Source: Dictyostelium discoideum (taxonomy: Eukaryota). Taken from it: a stretch of 64,000 nucleotides of DNA. The DNA is taken from positions 1,760,001 through 1,824,000 of the forward strand of contig CM000153.2 of NCBI GenBank assembly GCA_000004695.1, read 5' to 3'. Numbering within the stretch: position 1 is the first letter of the stretch; every line of letters starts with the position of its first letter. This document shows, piece by piece, positions 1 to 20,940 of the stretch. Made by a program: the position numbers and the translations under genes. The notes beneath the pieces are model-generated. The model searched no databases, had not been told where the DNA came from, and saw only the letters and a list, made by a program, of their open reading frames with translations.

Positions 1-137
1 AAAAAAAAAAAAGGAATCAAATAAATTTAATATACCATTACATGAAAAAAGGAAAAAAATTAAAATGACGGATATAAATTTAAATGACATAAAGTCTTCC
101 CTTTCTATTGTTAATGATTCGTATGTATTTTGAATGC

Positions 138-176
<39 letters not shown>

Positions 177-707
177 CTTGCGCTATATTTTTATTTAAGT
201 AGAAAAAAAAAAAAAAAATAAAAATAAAAAAAAAAAGAAAAAAAGAAAGAAATAAGAAGAAAGAATAAATAAAATAAAATAAAATAAAATAAAAAAGAAA
301 AAAGAAAAGAAGAAAAAAAAAAAAAAAAAAAAATATTATAACTTAATGCACACCATTATTTTTCTTTATTTCACTCCCTTTTTCTTTCTCTTTATTCAAA
401 AACTTTTCTCTTTCTCTAACCTCTAACTTCTTATCTATTTTCTACTATTACTATAACTATTACTATAACTATTACTACTATTCCTATTTTCAATACAATA
501 CCTCAAACCAACAAAACCAAAAACACAACAAAACCAAACCAAACACACAAAAAAACCAAACACACAAAAAAAAAAAAAAAAAAAAAAAATTTCCAATTAA
601 AAAAAAAAAAATCAATGTTTGTCCCTTGATCAAATTTTATCCTTTTTTTTTTTTGTAATTGTTTTATTTTTATTTTTATTTTTTAAATTTTTTAAATTTT
701 TTGAAAT

Positions 708-4026
<3,319 letters not shown>

Positions 4027-5295
4027 ATAAAAAAAAAAAAAAAAAAAAAAAAAGAAAAAAACAAAAAAAAAAACAAAAAAAAAAAAAAAATCAACCCATC
4101 GTAAAAATATCAATTAATTACAATAATAGTATAAAATACTTAATGGCGATTATTTAATAAATAACAATTCACTATTTTTTAGAATTAAAAGTGATTTTTT
4201 CAACTTTTAATAAAAAATTAAAATGATTGGTGTGCAGGTTTATTACTTTTTTTTTTTTTTTTTGACGGTGTGTTTTGGATTTTTTTTTTTTTCTTTTTAA
4301 GTTTTGTTTATAAAAAATTGTAAGGTGAAAATATCAATTTCGTTAGGTTTTTTTTTTTTATAGATTTTTCATTGCGCCTTTTTTTTTTTTTTTTAAACTT
4401 TGCCAAATTACAAGATTTTATTTTTTTTTTTTTTTAAAATTTTAGGAAACCCATTAATTATTGAACTCAATGAAACAATCATGATTTTAATCACAAATCA
4501 CTTTAAAATAAAATTTAGATTGAATACCTAACCCCTCATAATTTCATTCATTAATTCATTTTTTTTTTTTTTTTTTTTTTTTGAGGAGCCCGCCTTTTTT
4601 TAAAATTTTTTTTTTTTTTTGGGAGGGAAATTAGCAGTGTTTCAGATCTAAATATTGTATTGTTGGGTTGTTTATAATAATTTTTTTTTTACATCCAATC
4701 AATTCTTTAACTTGAGATCTCGAATGTTTATAATAGTTGTGTTTTTTTTTTTTATTTTAATTTTGTTTTGTTTTTTTTTTATTTTTTTTTTTTTATTTTT
4801 ATTTTGTTTTTTTTTTTTTTTTTTATTAATAATAATAATAAAAATAATAATGGGAGTTAAAGCGTGCAAACACCAAGTAGGGGGGGGTTTAAATTTAATG
4901 TTTTGCTATGTTGTTTATGAATTAATATGTTATGAATATTAGGGGTGATTAAAAATGGTTATAATACAATAAAAAAAAAAAAAAAAATTATAAAAAAATT
5001 AAAAAAAATTAAATTATTAATTTACAACATAATAGTACCCTATATTTGGGCTGTTTGTTGATGTAATGATAGTTTATTTTTTCTTTTCTTTTAATTATTT
5101 TTAATTAATATTTTTTTTTTTTAAAAAATAATTTTTTTTTTTTTTAATTTTTTTTTTTTTAAAAAAATAACATTTATTTTTAAGTTTACTTTAAATTTGT
5201 TTTTTTTTTTTTTAAAAAAAATATTATAAATAATAATCATAATAATATAATAATGGGGTGATTTAATCAATCAAAATACTTATATACTCCTCTCC

Positions 5296-5356
<61 letters not shown>

Positions 5357-6082
5357 CAACCAATGGTACCATTGTACCATATAAAAATAGGGTTTAAAAG
5401 ACTGCTAATTTAAGATGAATGTAGGTTAAACAATTCCCAGCGAATTAAGGTAACAATTTTTAATAATTATTCGAATTGGTTAAAAAAGGTGATTTAATTT
5501 TTTTTTTTTTTTTTTTATTCACTTTTTTTTTTTTTTTTTATTATTAAAAACTATTTTTTATTGATGAGAAAAATCTCCAATAAAGATGTCCTACCTTCAT
5601 ATTAATTTGAAAATGGTTTATCCTTTTTTGATGTTGGTAGATTTTATTTTTATTTTTATTATAATTTTTTTTTTTTTTTTTTTTTTTTCTTATTATTATT
5701 TTTATAAAGGATGGGGGTTTTATATAAGGTAATAATCAGCATGGAATAAAGGGTCCATCACTTATTCACACCCTTTTTCATTTACACATTTTACTTGATT
5801 TTTCACTTGTCAAAAGGCAAAACTATTTTTTTTTTCCAATTAATACACTCCATATAATTATTCTCAACTTTTTGTCAACCAAAAAGTTGACAACCAACTC
5901 AACAATATATAGTTTCATTCAATTTTGTTGATTGAATTAAATTTAATTAAATTAATAAATGTTTTTATAATTTTATTATTTAATTTTTAAAAAAAATTTT
6001 ATTTATTTATTTTTTATAAACAATTAATTCAAACTTTAATAATAATAATAATATCACACACACAACGGGGGTAAATTTGGCT

Positions 6083-6117
<35 letters not shown>

Positions 6118-7241
6118 GTTTTTCTAAACACTTTTTTATGTGCAACTCCTAGCAATTTCAGACAAGTAAATAATAGTTTTAAAACAATTTTTTTATTTTT
6201 TTACATAAAATCGACCATTTTATTTCTTTTATAATATATAAAGTAGCAATGTGAAAAAAAAAAAAAAAAAAAAAAAAAATAAATAAATTAATAAAACAAA
6301 TTAATTTTACCCCTTTTTTTATTTTATACAATTTTTTATTTTTTTACAAAATTTACTTATTTGATTGATGGTTATATAGCAATTTTTTTGTATTTTTAAT
6401 ATATCTGTGGGTTTAACCACTATAAAAAACCCACATTAAACCACTTAATTTCTACAAAAGTTAATTAAAATATTGTTTGTTTTTCAATGCCCATACACAT
6501 TTATCCGTTTTTGTTGAAAGTATGACGAAGCCAATAGATAAATCAAACAATAAGATTAAAAAATAAAATAAAAATAAAAAATAAAAACAAAATATAATAA
6601 AAAAAAAATAAAAAAAAGTAAATTATTAAACCATCAATATTAATTTTATTCCAATACACCACTAGGTGATAATAATTTATGGAAAAATTAATAAATAAAT
6701 AAATATTAAATATATAAATAAATAAATTAATAAGTAAAAATATAAATAATTACAATAAAAGTAAAATAAAAAAAGATTTATCAAATAATATCAATATACC
6801 TTACAAATTTAAATTAATAGTTTACATTATGTTAATTTGGTTTTATTTATATTGTTATTTATTATCCATTCAAAATTATTACATTCCAATTTAATTTTTT
6901 TTTTTTTTTTTTTTTTTTTGGTTTTTTTTTTTTTTTTTTTTTTCCTAAAAAAATAACAAAAATACTATCCAAATGCTCGGCTCTCAGCAATAATGGGTGG
7001 AATGAATGGTTTTTTAATTAAAATAAATTAAATTAAAATTAAAATAAATTAAAATTAAAAAAAAAAAAAAAAAAAAGAAACAATTTCTAATTGGTCGAAA
7101 GTAATTTATTTTAAATATATTTTTTTTAATTTTAATTAAATGGTATGGATATAGACAGTGGTAGTTTATTAAATACCACCATTTTTGTGTTATATATTAA
7201 AGTTTATTCAAATTAATTTTTTATTAAAAAATAAATAATAA

Positions 7242-7274
<33 letters not shown>

Positions 7275-8358
7275 AAATTAAAAATTAAATAAAAGCTACA
7301 GAAAAATAAATAACCAACTAAATTAAATTAAAAAACTTTTTTATTTGTTGTCGACATATTTCATTTCGTTGATGCAATAAAATTAAATTGTATATCTAGG
7401 ATTTGAATAAACTTTTTTTTTTTTTTTTTTTTTTTTTCCCAAAAAAATTTGGTTATAATAATATAGCCCAATAAAAAATAAAAAAAAACTAACCAATTAA
7501 ATTTAACTAAAATTTTAGGTTCATTTTATTATTATTATTATTTTTATTATTTTCTATCTTTAATGAATTGGTGGTAGTGAGTTTTTTTGAGATTTCGTTT
7601 ATATTTAACCAAGGAGATTTAAATTGACCCAATTAGATTTTCCCAAAAAAAAAAAATATTATTGTAATAATTTACCATTCACCACAAATTGTTAAAATGT
7701 AATTGAGAGTGTGAAATTGAAAAGGTGTGATACATTGAGATTTTAATTGTGGAAGTTAAAATCAAACACAAAATGTTAGTTCTTTAACTTTTTATTATAA
7801 TAATAAAATCAAAATCAAAATCAAAATCAAAAAACCAAAAAGAATTTGAAAGATTAATATGATGCAATCTCTTTATTTTTTGAGAATTCTGATTTTGTTT
7901 ACATAAATGGTAAGTTTTTTTTTTTTTTTTTTTTCAATTAACCATCAATTTTTTGTTGTAATTGTTTGTTTTTTTTTTTTTTTAATTATTTTAAGTGTCA
8001 ATTAATGGTGTTTAAATTATTGGTATTATATGTTTTTCTACAATAAATCATTGAAATTATAATAATTGTAGATGGGAATAAATCAATACTATCACTCTAT
8101 AAAAAATTTGAAGAAAAAAAAAATTGTAACACTGGGTGATAAAAAAAATAATTTGAATGAAATGTTGATAATTGCATTGAACTTTATTTTAATAATTTAA
8201 CTATAATAATGATTTTAATTTTTTTTTATGGGTAAAAAATGATTAATAATAATAAAAATAATTATTAAATACAAATTTCCCCAGTATTAGGGGTATTAAA
8301 TTGTATAAATTTGATTATAAGTTTTCTTTACCTTTTTTTTAAATTGCCAAATTCAATC

Positions 8359-8397
<39 letters not shown>

Positions 8398-9698
8398 GTG
8401 GTTGATTTGAATAGGGGTGGGGTAAGTAATTAATTATATTTATATATATTTTTTAGGGGTTTTAATAGATGTTGTCATATGCATCATCAAAAAGAGATAC
8501 TGTTTTAATTTAGTAATACTTGTTTTTTTTTTATGTTAAATTTTTTTTTTTATGTTAAATTTTTTTTTTTTTTTTTTTTCGGAGTGGGTTATTTGATAAT
8601 TTATTAGTAGTTTTAATAAGTTGGATACGTTGTGTGTATTAGTGTTGAATGAATTTGAATTGAAATTATTTTAAAATGATTTTTTTAATGGAGAAGGGGG
8701 TGATTTAAAATTTTTTTTTTTTTTTTCACAAATATTATTGTTGTTTTTTTCATTATTTCGAACAGTTTACAATCTCAATGGAGCACTTTTTGTATTAATT
8801 TATATGGGAAATATGTGATGGTTTTAATATTTATATATATTTATATTCAAAAAACAATTTAATAATTTTTATTTGGAGTAATTGTATTCACAATAAACCC
8901 ACATACACAAAAAAATACTCTTTCAATAATTCTTAATAGGTAGAGTGAGTGTGAATAATCATTTGAAAAACGAACAGGTTTTTTAATTTATTTATTAAAA
9001 CCTATAACCAAACAAGAGACAAAATTAATTTTTTTTTAATACAAGCCCAAATATATTATTGATAATAATTTTTTATTATAATTATATAATTATAAATAAA
9101 TATAAATAATTATATATATATATATATTTATATATATATTGCATATATAATTTTTTTTAGATATATATTAACAATAACCCCTTTTAAAATATTGACCATT
9201 TGAATTTATTTAATATATTTATTGGGTATGTAATTTTCAAATGATTTAACCACAATAAAAGGAAAACTATACTTGTTACTTAAAGAATAAAGTTTTTTTT
9301 TTTTTTTTTTTCTTAAAAAAATTAATAAATTAAAAATAATGGTTTTTCCTAACAACAATAAATTTAAAAATAGTAGTTTTGATAATACTAGTAGTTTATA
9401 ATAGTAAATACATGTAAATATTTAGCATTTTTTAATATAAATGCATTAAATTTTGTTTTTATTTAAATGATACACAATGTGATGATAAAAAATGATGACA
9501 ACATAAATTTTTTAAAATTTTCATTAAAGTATCACTATTTTCATAAATTTATTTCTATAGTTGTTAAAAATATTTTTAAATAAATATTGATATTCAAAGA
9601 ACAACAAAAAATAAAATATAATTTATTATATAAATCTATTAATATTTTTTCCTAAAATATATTTTCATATAAATACAAGTAAAAAAAAAAAATTGTCA

Positions 9699-9699
<1 letters not shown>

Positions 9700-9793
<94 letters not shown>
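9700..9793. repeat. (TAA)n microsatellite, about 31 units
   Basis: Uninterrupted aat/taa trinucleotide repeat in intergenic DNA. It is read as a poly-Ile ORF in the six-frame track. Confidence 0.95.
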
Positions 9794-9794
<1 letters not shown>

Positions 9795-10739
9795 TTAAAT
9801 GAAGATATTGTAATGAATTTTCTGATTTCTATTTTTTTTTTTTTTTCAAAAATTTATTTTAATATTGTTATTTTTGATTGTTACAAATGTATTATTATAA
9901 AAATCATTAAAAATCATATTTATCCATAGATTATTTTTCATTATATTTTTAAAAAATGTACATACAAAAATTATATATATATATATTTTTTTTTTTTATT
10001 CCTATAAATATATATAATTTTAATTATTTTATATTTTTTTTATTTTTTATTCCAATCTAATATTGATTTTATGTTTTATTGTAATTGGTGGTAATTCCAA
10101 AGATATAATTAAAACTCGTATGTGATTTGAAATGAGATATATACTTGAAAATTATTTAAAATGATGGTTTTTTTATTTTTTTTTTTTTTTGATTAAAGGT
10201 ACCTTTTTCTATTTTTTTTTGTGGTTTTTTAAAGTTTGTGGTTGTGGTTTATACATGTTGATATAAGATGTATGTGTTAAATAATAAATCAACCCCCCAA
10301 TCTCACATTTTAACTATTATTTTTGTAAATATTATAATTTTATTTTGATTTTTTAAAATTAACACATACATAGATTAATATAAATGGTTAGTGAGCCAAA
10401 TTAATTTATTTTATAGTAATAATTTATAATGATAATTGCAAAAGGAAATAACATGTGTGTTCTATTTTATTGTATAAAAAAAATTAAAAATAAATTAAAT
10501 ATAATTGTAATGGTGTTATAGTGTAGTGGTGGTAGAAGTAATAGTCAATTACTATAAACCAATAAACACACACAAACTACCACTTATTTTTCACACCACA
10601 CTATTTAACTCACCACTAATACTTCAATTGGTGAATAAAAGGAACAACTACAAAAAAACAATAATAATAACAACCATAAAAAAAAAAAAAAAAAAAAAAA
10701 AATTAAATTGATAAACACCACCACACACTATACATATAT

Positions 10740-10740
<1 letters not shown>

Positions 10741-10808
<68 letters not shown>
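10741..10808. repeat. (TAA)n microsatellite, about 22 units
   Basis: Uninterrupted trinucleotide repeat, seen directly. Confidence 0.95.
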
Positions 10809-10809
<1 letters not shown>

Positions 10810-11659
10810 TAAAAAATGTTTGTTATTACCACAGTTATATAAGCACACAACACAAAACAACACAAACTAAATTATAAAATAAACATTACCACACATTATA
10901 ATTACCTCCGGTACAACTTTAACAATAATATATCTAATATATATAAACTTTCGATAGTATAAATTCCAATAATCACACATATACCAACACTACATATTAC
11001 ACTTTTTTATAAAATCTATTCAATGATTGAAATAAATTAAAGGAATACTTAAATTAAAAAAATTAATAAACCACAAACTACCACATGAATTGTTATTATA
11101 ATGATATTGACAACAAATTTTTACCACTAACTCACTCACTATCTCACTCACTCACACACTCACTCATTATCCATCTATCATCCAAACTTTTTTTTTCTTA
11201 CACTCATATATGTTTATCACCCTTCTTTAAATCAAATGTAAAAATAAAACCAAAAAAAAAATTATAAATAAAAAAAATTAAAATTAAAATTAAATAAAAA
11301 ATAATATTAAAAAAAATAATAATTTATTAAAATCATCACCAAATATACAACAACAAATAATAGAACAACAATAAATTAAAAAAAAAAAAAAAAACACTAC
11401 CAAAAAACAACAGCTGCAATAACAACAGCTACAACTACAACTACAACAACAATAACAACAGCCAATGTTTTTTTTTTCTTTTTTTTTTTTTTTTCTTTTT
11501 TTTTTTTTTTTATTATTATTTTTAATTTAATGATTTAATTAAAAAATTTGTTCTTTTGTCCCAATTCAACTAGAAAATTAAACAAATTATGAATGTTTTT
11601 ATTTTTTTCATTAAAACATTTAAAAAAAACAATAGGTTTTTAAAATTTAATTTATTGGA

Positions 11660-11690
<31 letters not shown>

Positions 11691-12329
11691 CAACTATTCA
11701 AAAAAAAAAAACCAATTATTTTGATATCAAAATAAATCATTTTTTTTTTGTTGCATTCAATCCAGTGAGCAATAATATTTTCTGTAAAAAAAAAAGTAAG
11801 GTAAATAATAAATGGTTAACCTTTTTTTTTTTTTTATTTTGTGGATTTTTTTTTTTTTTTTTTTTTCTAGTCAACCATAACACCTTTTTTTTTTTATTTT
11901 TTATTTTTTTTTAAAAAACTATTTTTTTTAAATTTTTTGCTTTTTTTTTTTTTAAAATTTGATTAGTACTCTATTATTGAATAGCTAATCAAATTGTGGT
12001 TTAATTCTAAATCACCATTCTTCTTTCGATGACTATTTATTTATTATTGGACCTTTTGGTATTAAAATAATATCATAAGATTTAAATGGTTTTTATAAGT
12101 TGAAAATAAAAAAAATTAAAAAATAATTATTATTTTTTTTTTTTTAATTTTAAAAAAAAAAAAAAAAAAAAATTGATTGTTAATATTTTATTTCCACAAT
12201 CACAATCATTTAATTATTTTTTTTGTTCAATACCTAATATTTTTTATTCTTGGTAAATATCTTTTTTTAAAAAAAAATAATCATTATTTTTTTTACATAT
12301 TAATTATAAAAAAAAAAATAATAATAATA

Positions 12330-12372
<43 letters not shown>

Positions 12373-13234
12373 CTATTACCATAGTTTTTGATGTTGTAAT
12401 TTTCGATTCCAATTGATTTTTTTATTTACCTGCCTAATAATATCATAAATAATTTTATTATTATTTTTAAAAAATAAAAAATTAAAAAAAAAAAAATCAC
12501 CAAAAAAACAGATATAATCTCTTTTTTTATTTTCATTTTTTTTTTTTTTTAAATCAAAATAAAAAAAACATTTTAAAACAAATTAATTTATTATAATAAA
12601 AAAAAAACAATCATTTTAAAATGTTTTTCAAACAATATCACATTTGGAATTAAAAATAATTAAAATCACATTAATATCATTAGTGATGAATAAAATAAAA
12701 AAAATAAAATAAATCAATTAACCAATCTATAAATCAATTCCATTTATGTAATTGATTTTAAACCTCAATAATAATAATATTATAAACACCATCTGTTAAT
12801 TACCACTATTTTTGTACAAATATATATAAATGTTTTTTCCTTTTTTTTTATTATTATTCTGATAAAAAATCCTCGTTCTAAGTTAACTGTTTGTTTTGAA
12901 TTCCTAAGAGGATTTTTGTACAGTGATGATCAACCTTTGTATTCATTAAATAATAAATAGACACAATTTATAATAAATTTTAAAATTTATTTGTAGATTA
13001 TTTTTTTTTTTTTTTATTGTAACTTTATGTCATTTTTTTATTATTGTTTTTTTTATTTTGTTGTAGTTTTTGTTGTTGTTATTTTTTTTGTGTTTGTTAT
13101 TTATTTATTTATTAATTAAAAAAAAAAAAAAAAAAAAAAAAAGAGCAAATTTGCATTCTTAATTAATAACCACTTCACACTGCTGCCAATTAATATTTGG
13201 ATCTACATATCAAACGCACTCACACCCCAAATTA

Positions 13235-13237
<3 letters not shown>

Positions 13238-13264
<27 letters not shown>
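13238..13264. repeat. (CA)13 dinucleotide microsatellite
   Basis: acacacac... run; (GT)n runs also occur at 16995-17031 and 41397-41420. Confidence 0.9.
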
Positions 13265-13273
<9 letters not shown>

Positions 13274-13760
13274 CGATAAATGCAACTATCACTACCACTA
13301 CTATGCTTTTCATCACCAACAAATCATTTATTTTTGTTTTAAAAATTTTTCATAAAAAAAAAAAAAAAAATTTAAATAAAAAAAAAAAAAAATCCTGATA
13401 CACCATTAACGCACTCATATCCATTTTCAGTTCTAAAATATGCACAACACATTTGAAATTTTTTTTTTTTTTTTTTTTTCTGTTGTTGGTTTCATAATCT
13501 TTAAAATTGTTACCAACTCACCCCATTTTTAAAATTGCTTGTGTGTGCTTTTTGTCAAAAAATTAAATTTCAATAATTGAATTGTGAATCACTTTCAACT
13601 TTAACCTCAATTTGGTCTCAACAATCTCAATATATGAAAGGGTTTTCCTTTTGATAATCAATAATGATGAAAAAAAAAAACTATTTTACAAACAAAGATT
13701 TTTAAATAACAATTAATTTTTTCATAAAATGATTATTATCAGGTTAGGCAATTTTTCTTT

Positions 13761-13802
<42 letters not shown>

Positions 13803-14300
13803 CAAAATAAAAAAAAAAAAAAGAACACCCAAGATGTATTAAATTAAAAGTTTTTTCAATTATTTTTTTTTTTTATCACTCTTACAAATAATTATTTGTT
13901 TAAAAAAAAAAAAATAATAGATATAAAAAAAAATAAATAATAATATAAATAATAAATAATATAATATATAAATAATTATATAAATATAAATATAAAATTA
14001 ATAATTTTTTTTATTACTTACAAATTTAAAAAAAAAAAAAAATATATACATATTAAAATAAAAAAAAAAAATTAATCAAAAATAACAATAACAACAATAG
14101 AAAAAAAAGTATTTACTTTATAATTATATTTGTACATTATTTTTATACTACAAACTTTAATTATTTTTAATTTATTAAATTTAATATAAATTCAACATAT
14201 ATAACACTTAATCCCCCATTTTTATTTTTTTTAAAAAAAATAAATTATTAAATAAAAAAAACAATTCCAACCAATCATACCCATTCTTTAAACAATTAAG

Positions 14301-14347
<47 letters not shown>

Positions 14348-14789
14348 AACTACAAGTAATACACCTACAATCACATAAAAACCAAAACAACATAAGAAAT
14401 TAATTAATTAAAACCCCTATTTTTTTTTTTAAATCGATTTTTTTATATTTTTATTTTTATTTATTTTTAAATTTATTTTTAAATTTATTTTTGTTTTTCA
14501 AACTTATTTTAAATTTTTTTTTTTAATTTTTTATTTTTTTTTTTTTTTTGAAAACAGATAAAAACATTTGCGCAAGTTTTATTTATTGATACATCACCAA
14601 ACCATTCTCATTCATAAATCTATTGTATTTTTTGTTCATATGAATTTTTTCCACTTACTTAAAAAAAAAAAAAAAAATTATATAAAATAGCTTAGTGCTC
14701 CCTCCTCCTTTATTTTTATTTTTTTTTTTCCCAATTTAGATTATTAAGTAATTAAAATCACAATCTTTAAAAAAGAAAATCTCAAAGGT

Positions 14790-14828
<39 letters not shown>

Positions 14829-15071
14829 TTTTTAATCCCTTTAAAACAAATAATTTTTATCATTATCATAAATACCACATCAATTTTTTTATTTTTTTTT
14901 TTTTTTAATTTTTTTATTTTTTAATTTGTAAATTTAACTTAATAATTTAGTTGTAATTATTTTTTTTTTTTTTTATTTTTTTATTTATTATTTTTTTTTT
15001 GCTCTTTCTACTTTTTTTCCTATCTCACTTTTTATCTCTATTATTTTTTAATTTTTTTTTTTACATCGAAC

Positions 15072-15113
<42 letters not shown>

Positions 15114-15487
15114 AAAACTACAAACCATAACTAGTGTAGTTTATAACGATTATTAAACCCTTAGACTGTTTGGTTTATTTAAAATTTTTTTTTTTTTTTT
15201 TTTTTTCATATCCTCTAAATTTTCCCAAACACAGAAAAACTATTTAACTCCTTCGATTCATTGCATGGTTTTTTTTTTTTTTTTTAATTTTTCAAAATTT
15301 ATTAATCTCGCCCAACCAATCAACAATTCATTGCAAATTCAAAAAAAAAAAAAAAAAAAAAAAACAGATATTTTTAATTTTTAATTTTTTTTGTAAATTT
15401 TGATTATTGGATATTTATAGAAAGATTTTTTTTTTTTTTTCAATTAAAAATCACATTCCAATTGTTGCCAAAATTTATTTTCATTAA

Positions 15488-15528
<41 letters not shown>

Positions 15529-16334
15529 AATTGTTTTTAAAAAAAAAAAATATGTTTTTTTTTATTAAATAGTATCACTCTTTGCATTATTTATTTATTT
15601 ATTTATTTATTTTAATTTTAAAAAATTTGTTAAAAAAAAAAAAAAATTTAATCATACCTTAAAAAATACAAAAGGTATTATTTTTTTTGTTTGAAAATTT
15701 TTATTTTTTCCACACCCACTCATTACACTGGACGAAATCTCACCGATGTGAAATTAGCAAAATTACAAAAAAAAAAAAAAAAAAAAAAAAAAGAAAAGAA
15801 AAAAAAAAAAAATTAAAAAAAAAAATTAAAGTTGCAATGACCTCAATATTGGAATGATTTTTTTTTTTATATATTTTTTTATATTTTTTAATCAAAATTC
15901 AAAAAAGTTCTTATTGAATTTTTTTTTAAAACTTAGATATTGCAATATATGTTGTCATTTACATTGTTGTCTTTTATTCTGTAATTTGGAAGCCCATTAA
16001 CATTTTTATTTTTGGTGTAAATATGCAAACAAATGTTTTTTTTATTTTGACCTTTTTTTTTTTTATTAAAAAAATAAAAATAAAAATTGCATCCAATGCC
16101 AATTTTTCCCATTACCCCTCATCATCAACACCTTCCACTCCCTTTAAATTTTTTTAAATTATCAATACTATTATTATTATTATTATTTTTTTTTTTTTTT
16201 TTTAATTATTGTTAAAAAATTAAAAAAAAAAAAAATCACAATAAAAAAAAAAAAAAAATCAATCAAAAAAAAAAAAATAGTATATATTTATTAATTTATT
16301 TTTCTTTATTTATACAGTGTATCAATTATAGACA

Positions 16335-16386
<52 letters not shown>

Positions 16387-17584
16387 TAAAAAAAAAAAAA
16401 AAAAAAAAATTATTTCAATATTATTGGTCAATTAATTTAAAGGTAATTTAACACATTTTTATTTATTTTTTCCTTTTTCCATTGACATTTTTCACACCAA
16501 AAAATTATTATTAGAATTTTTTCCATTTTTTCCATTGTTTTTTTCCATTGTTTTTTTTTGGATTTTATTTTATTCTATTTTTTTTTTTTTATGGATTACA
16601 ATTTTATGTATAATAATAAAACCCACAAAAAAAAAAAAAAAAAATCTTACCTTTTCAAATTATGAGAAAATTCTATATCCATGCCAACTCGGCTTTTTTA
16701 TCATCGCACACAATAATATCACACACTTTTTTCTGTGTGTGAGTGTGTGTAGCAATATTTATCACATCATTCCACTATCGACCCCTTTAAATTGTGTTTT
16801 TCATTGTTGCGTCAATATTGGCGATGTAAAATTGTGTTTTCTTAGTTTATAAAGTGTGATTAAAAATAACAACATTCTTAAAATTTTAAAACCGTTTGTG
16901 TTTTTTCACAGCTTTATATTTGATTTGTAACTTTAAAATTTAAAAAAAAAAAAAAAAAATTAAAAAATCCACACCCCCACTCACCAACACTCAATCCAAA
17001 TAGTTTTTTTTTTGTGTGTGTGTGTGTGTGTGTTGTATCTCAAACAAGTAGATCGATGAAAGTTTTTTTATTTTTTTTTTAATAAACTGGTGCCAGAATT
17101 CTATTTTTAAATTTATTTTTTTTTAAATATTTTTTTTTTTTTTTTTTTTATTTGATAGAAACCCATTCAAACCATTCATTGTTTTTAATTTTTATTTTTT
17201 TTTTTTTTATTTTTTTTATATTTTAAAAAAAAATACCTATGGTTCCAATTTTTCAAATTAAATTCTCAAAAATAATTATTACCATTGTGTGTGTTTGTGT
17301 GTTTTGAAATTATATCACCATAACAACCCACTTTAAACCCACCCTTTCTTTTTTTATACATTTTTTTTTTTTTTTTTTTTTATTAATAAAAAAAAAAAAA
17401 ACTGTTTTATTAGAAATCATTTCAAAAAAACACCTCACCATTATTTTTAATTTATTTTATTTGTTATTTTTTTTTTTAAAAATTATTTCATCTAATTATT
17501 TCTTTATTTATTGATTTATTTTATATTTTTTTTAATTTCTAAATTCATAAATCTTAATCACATTGTTTTAATCAACTAAATTAT

Positions 17585-17588
17585 CTAT

Positions 17589-17627
<39 letters not shown>

Positions 17628-17632
17628 TTAAT
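17585..17632. repeat. (TTTA)12 tetranucleotide repeat about 270 bp upstream of the zinc-finger gene start
   Basis: atttatttattt... seen directly, followed by (TTAA)-like repeats to about 17660. Confidence 0.9.
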
Positions 17633-17780
17633 TTAATTAATTAATTAATTTATTTATTAATTTATTTTTTATTTTATTTTTATGATTTTAAAAATTATTT
17701 ATTTAAAATAATAGTAATATTACAACAAAAAATTTCTCAATTCAATCATACACACATTATTATTAAAATTCCAAAAAAAA

Positions 17781-17812
<32 letters not shown>

Positions 17813-17901
17813 AGAAAAAAAAAAAATAAATAATAAATATATAAACAAAACCAATTACAAACTAATAAAATTTTAATAATAAAATAAAATTAAATAATAA
17901 A

Positions 17902-20775
<2,874 letters not shown>

Positions 20776-20886
20776 ATTTTGTAAATTTTTTTTTTTCTTT
20801 GGAAAGAAAAAAAAAAAAAAAAAAACAAAAAAATTGTAATAATATAATTAATAATATTAATAACGTTGTATATATGTATATATGTA

Positions 20887-20940
<54 letters not shown>

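Noticed and set aside
4655-16852. Small ORFs in the gene desert (4655..4942, 9693..9929, 10526..10711, 11085..11267, 12177..12416, 16535..16852)
   Set aside because: They are F/I/K-rich translations of homopolymer and microsatellite DNA. They have no start context, no intron logic, and no similarity to anything I recognise.
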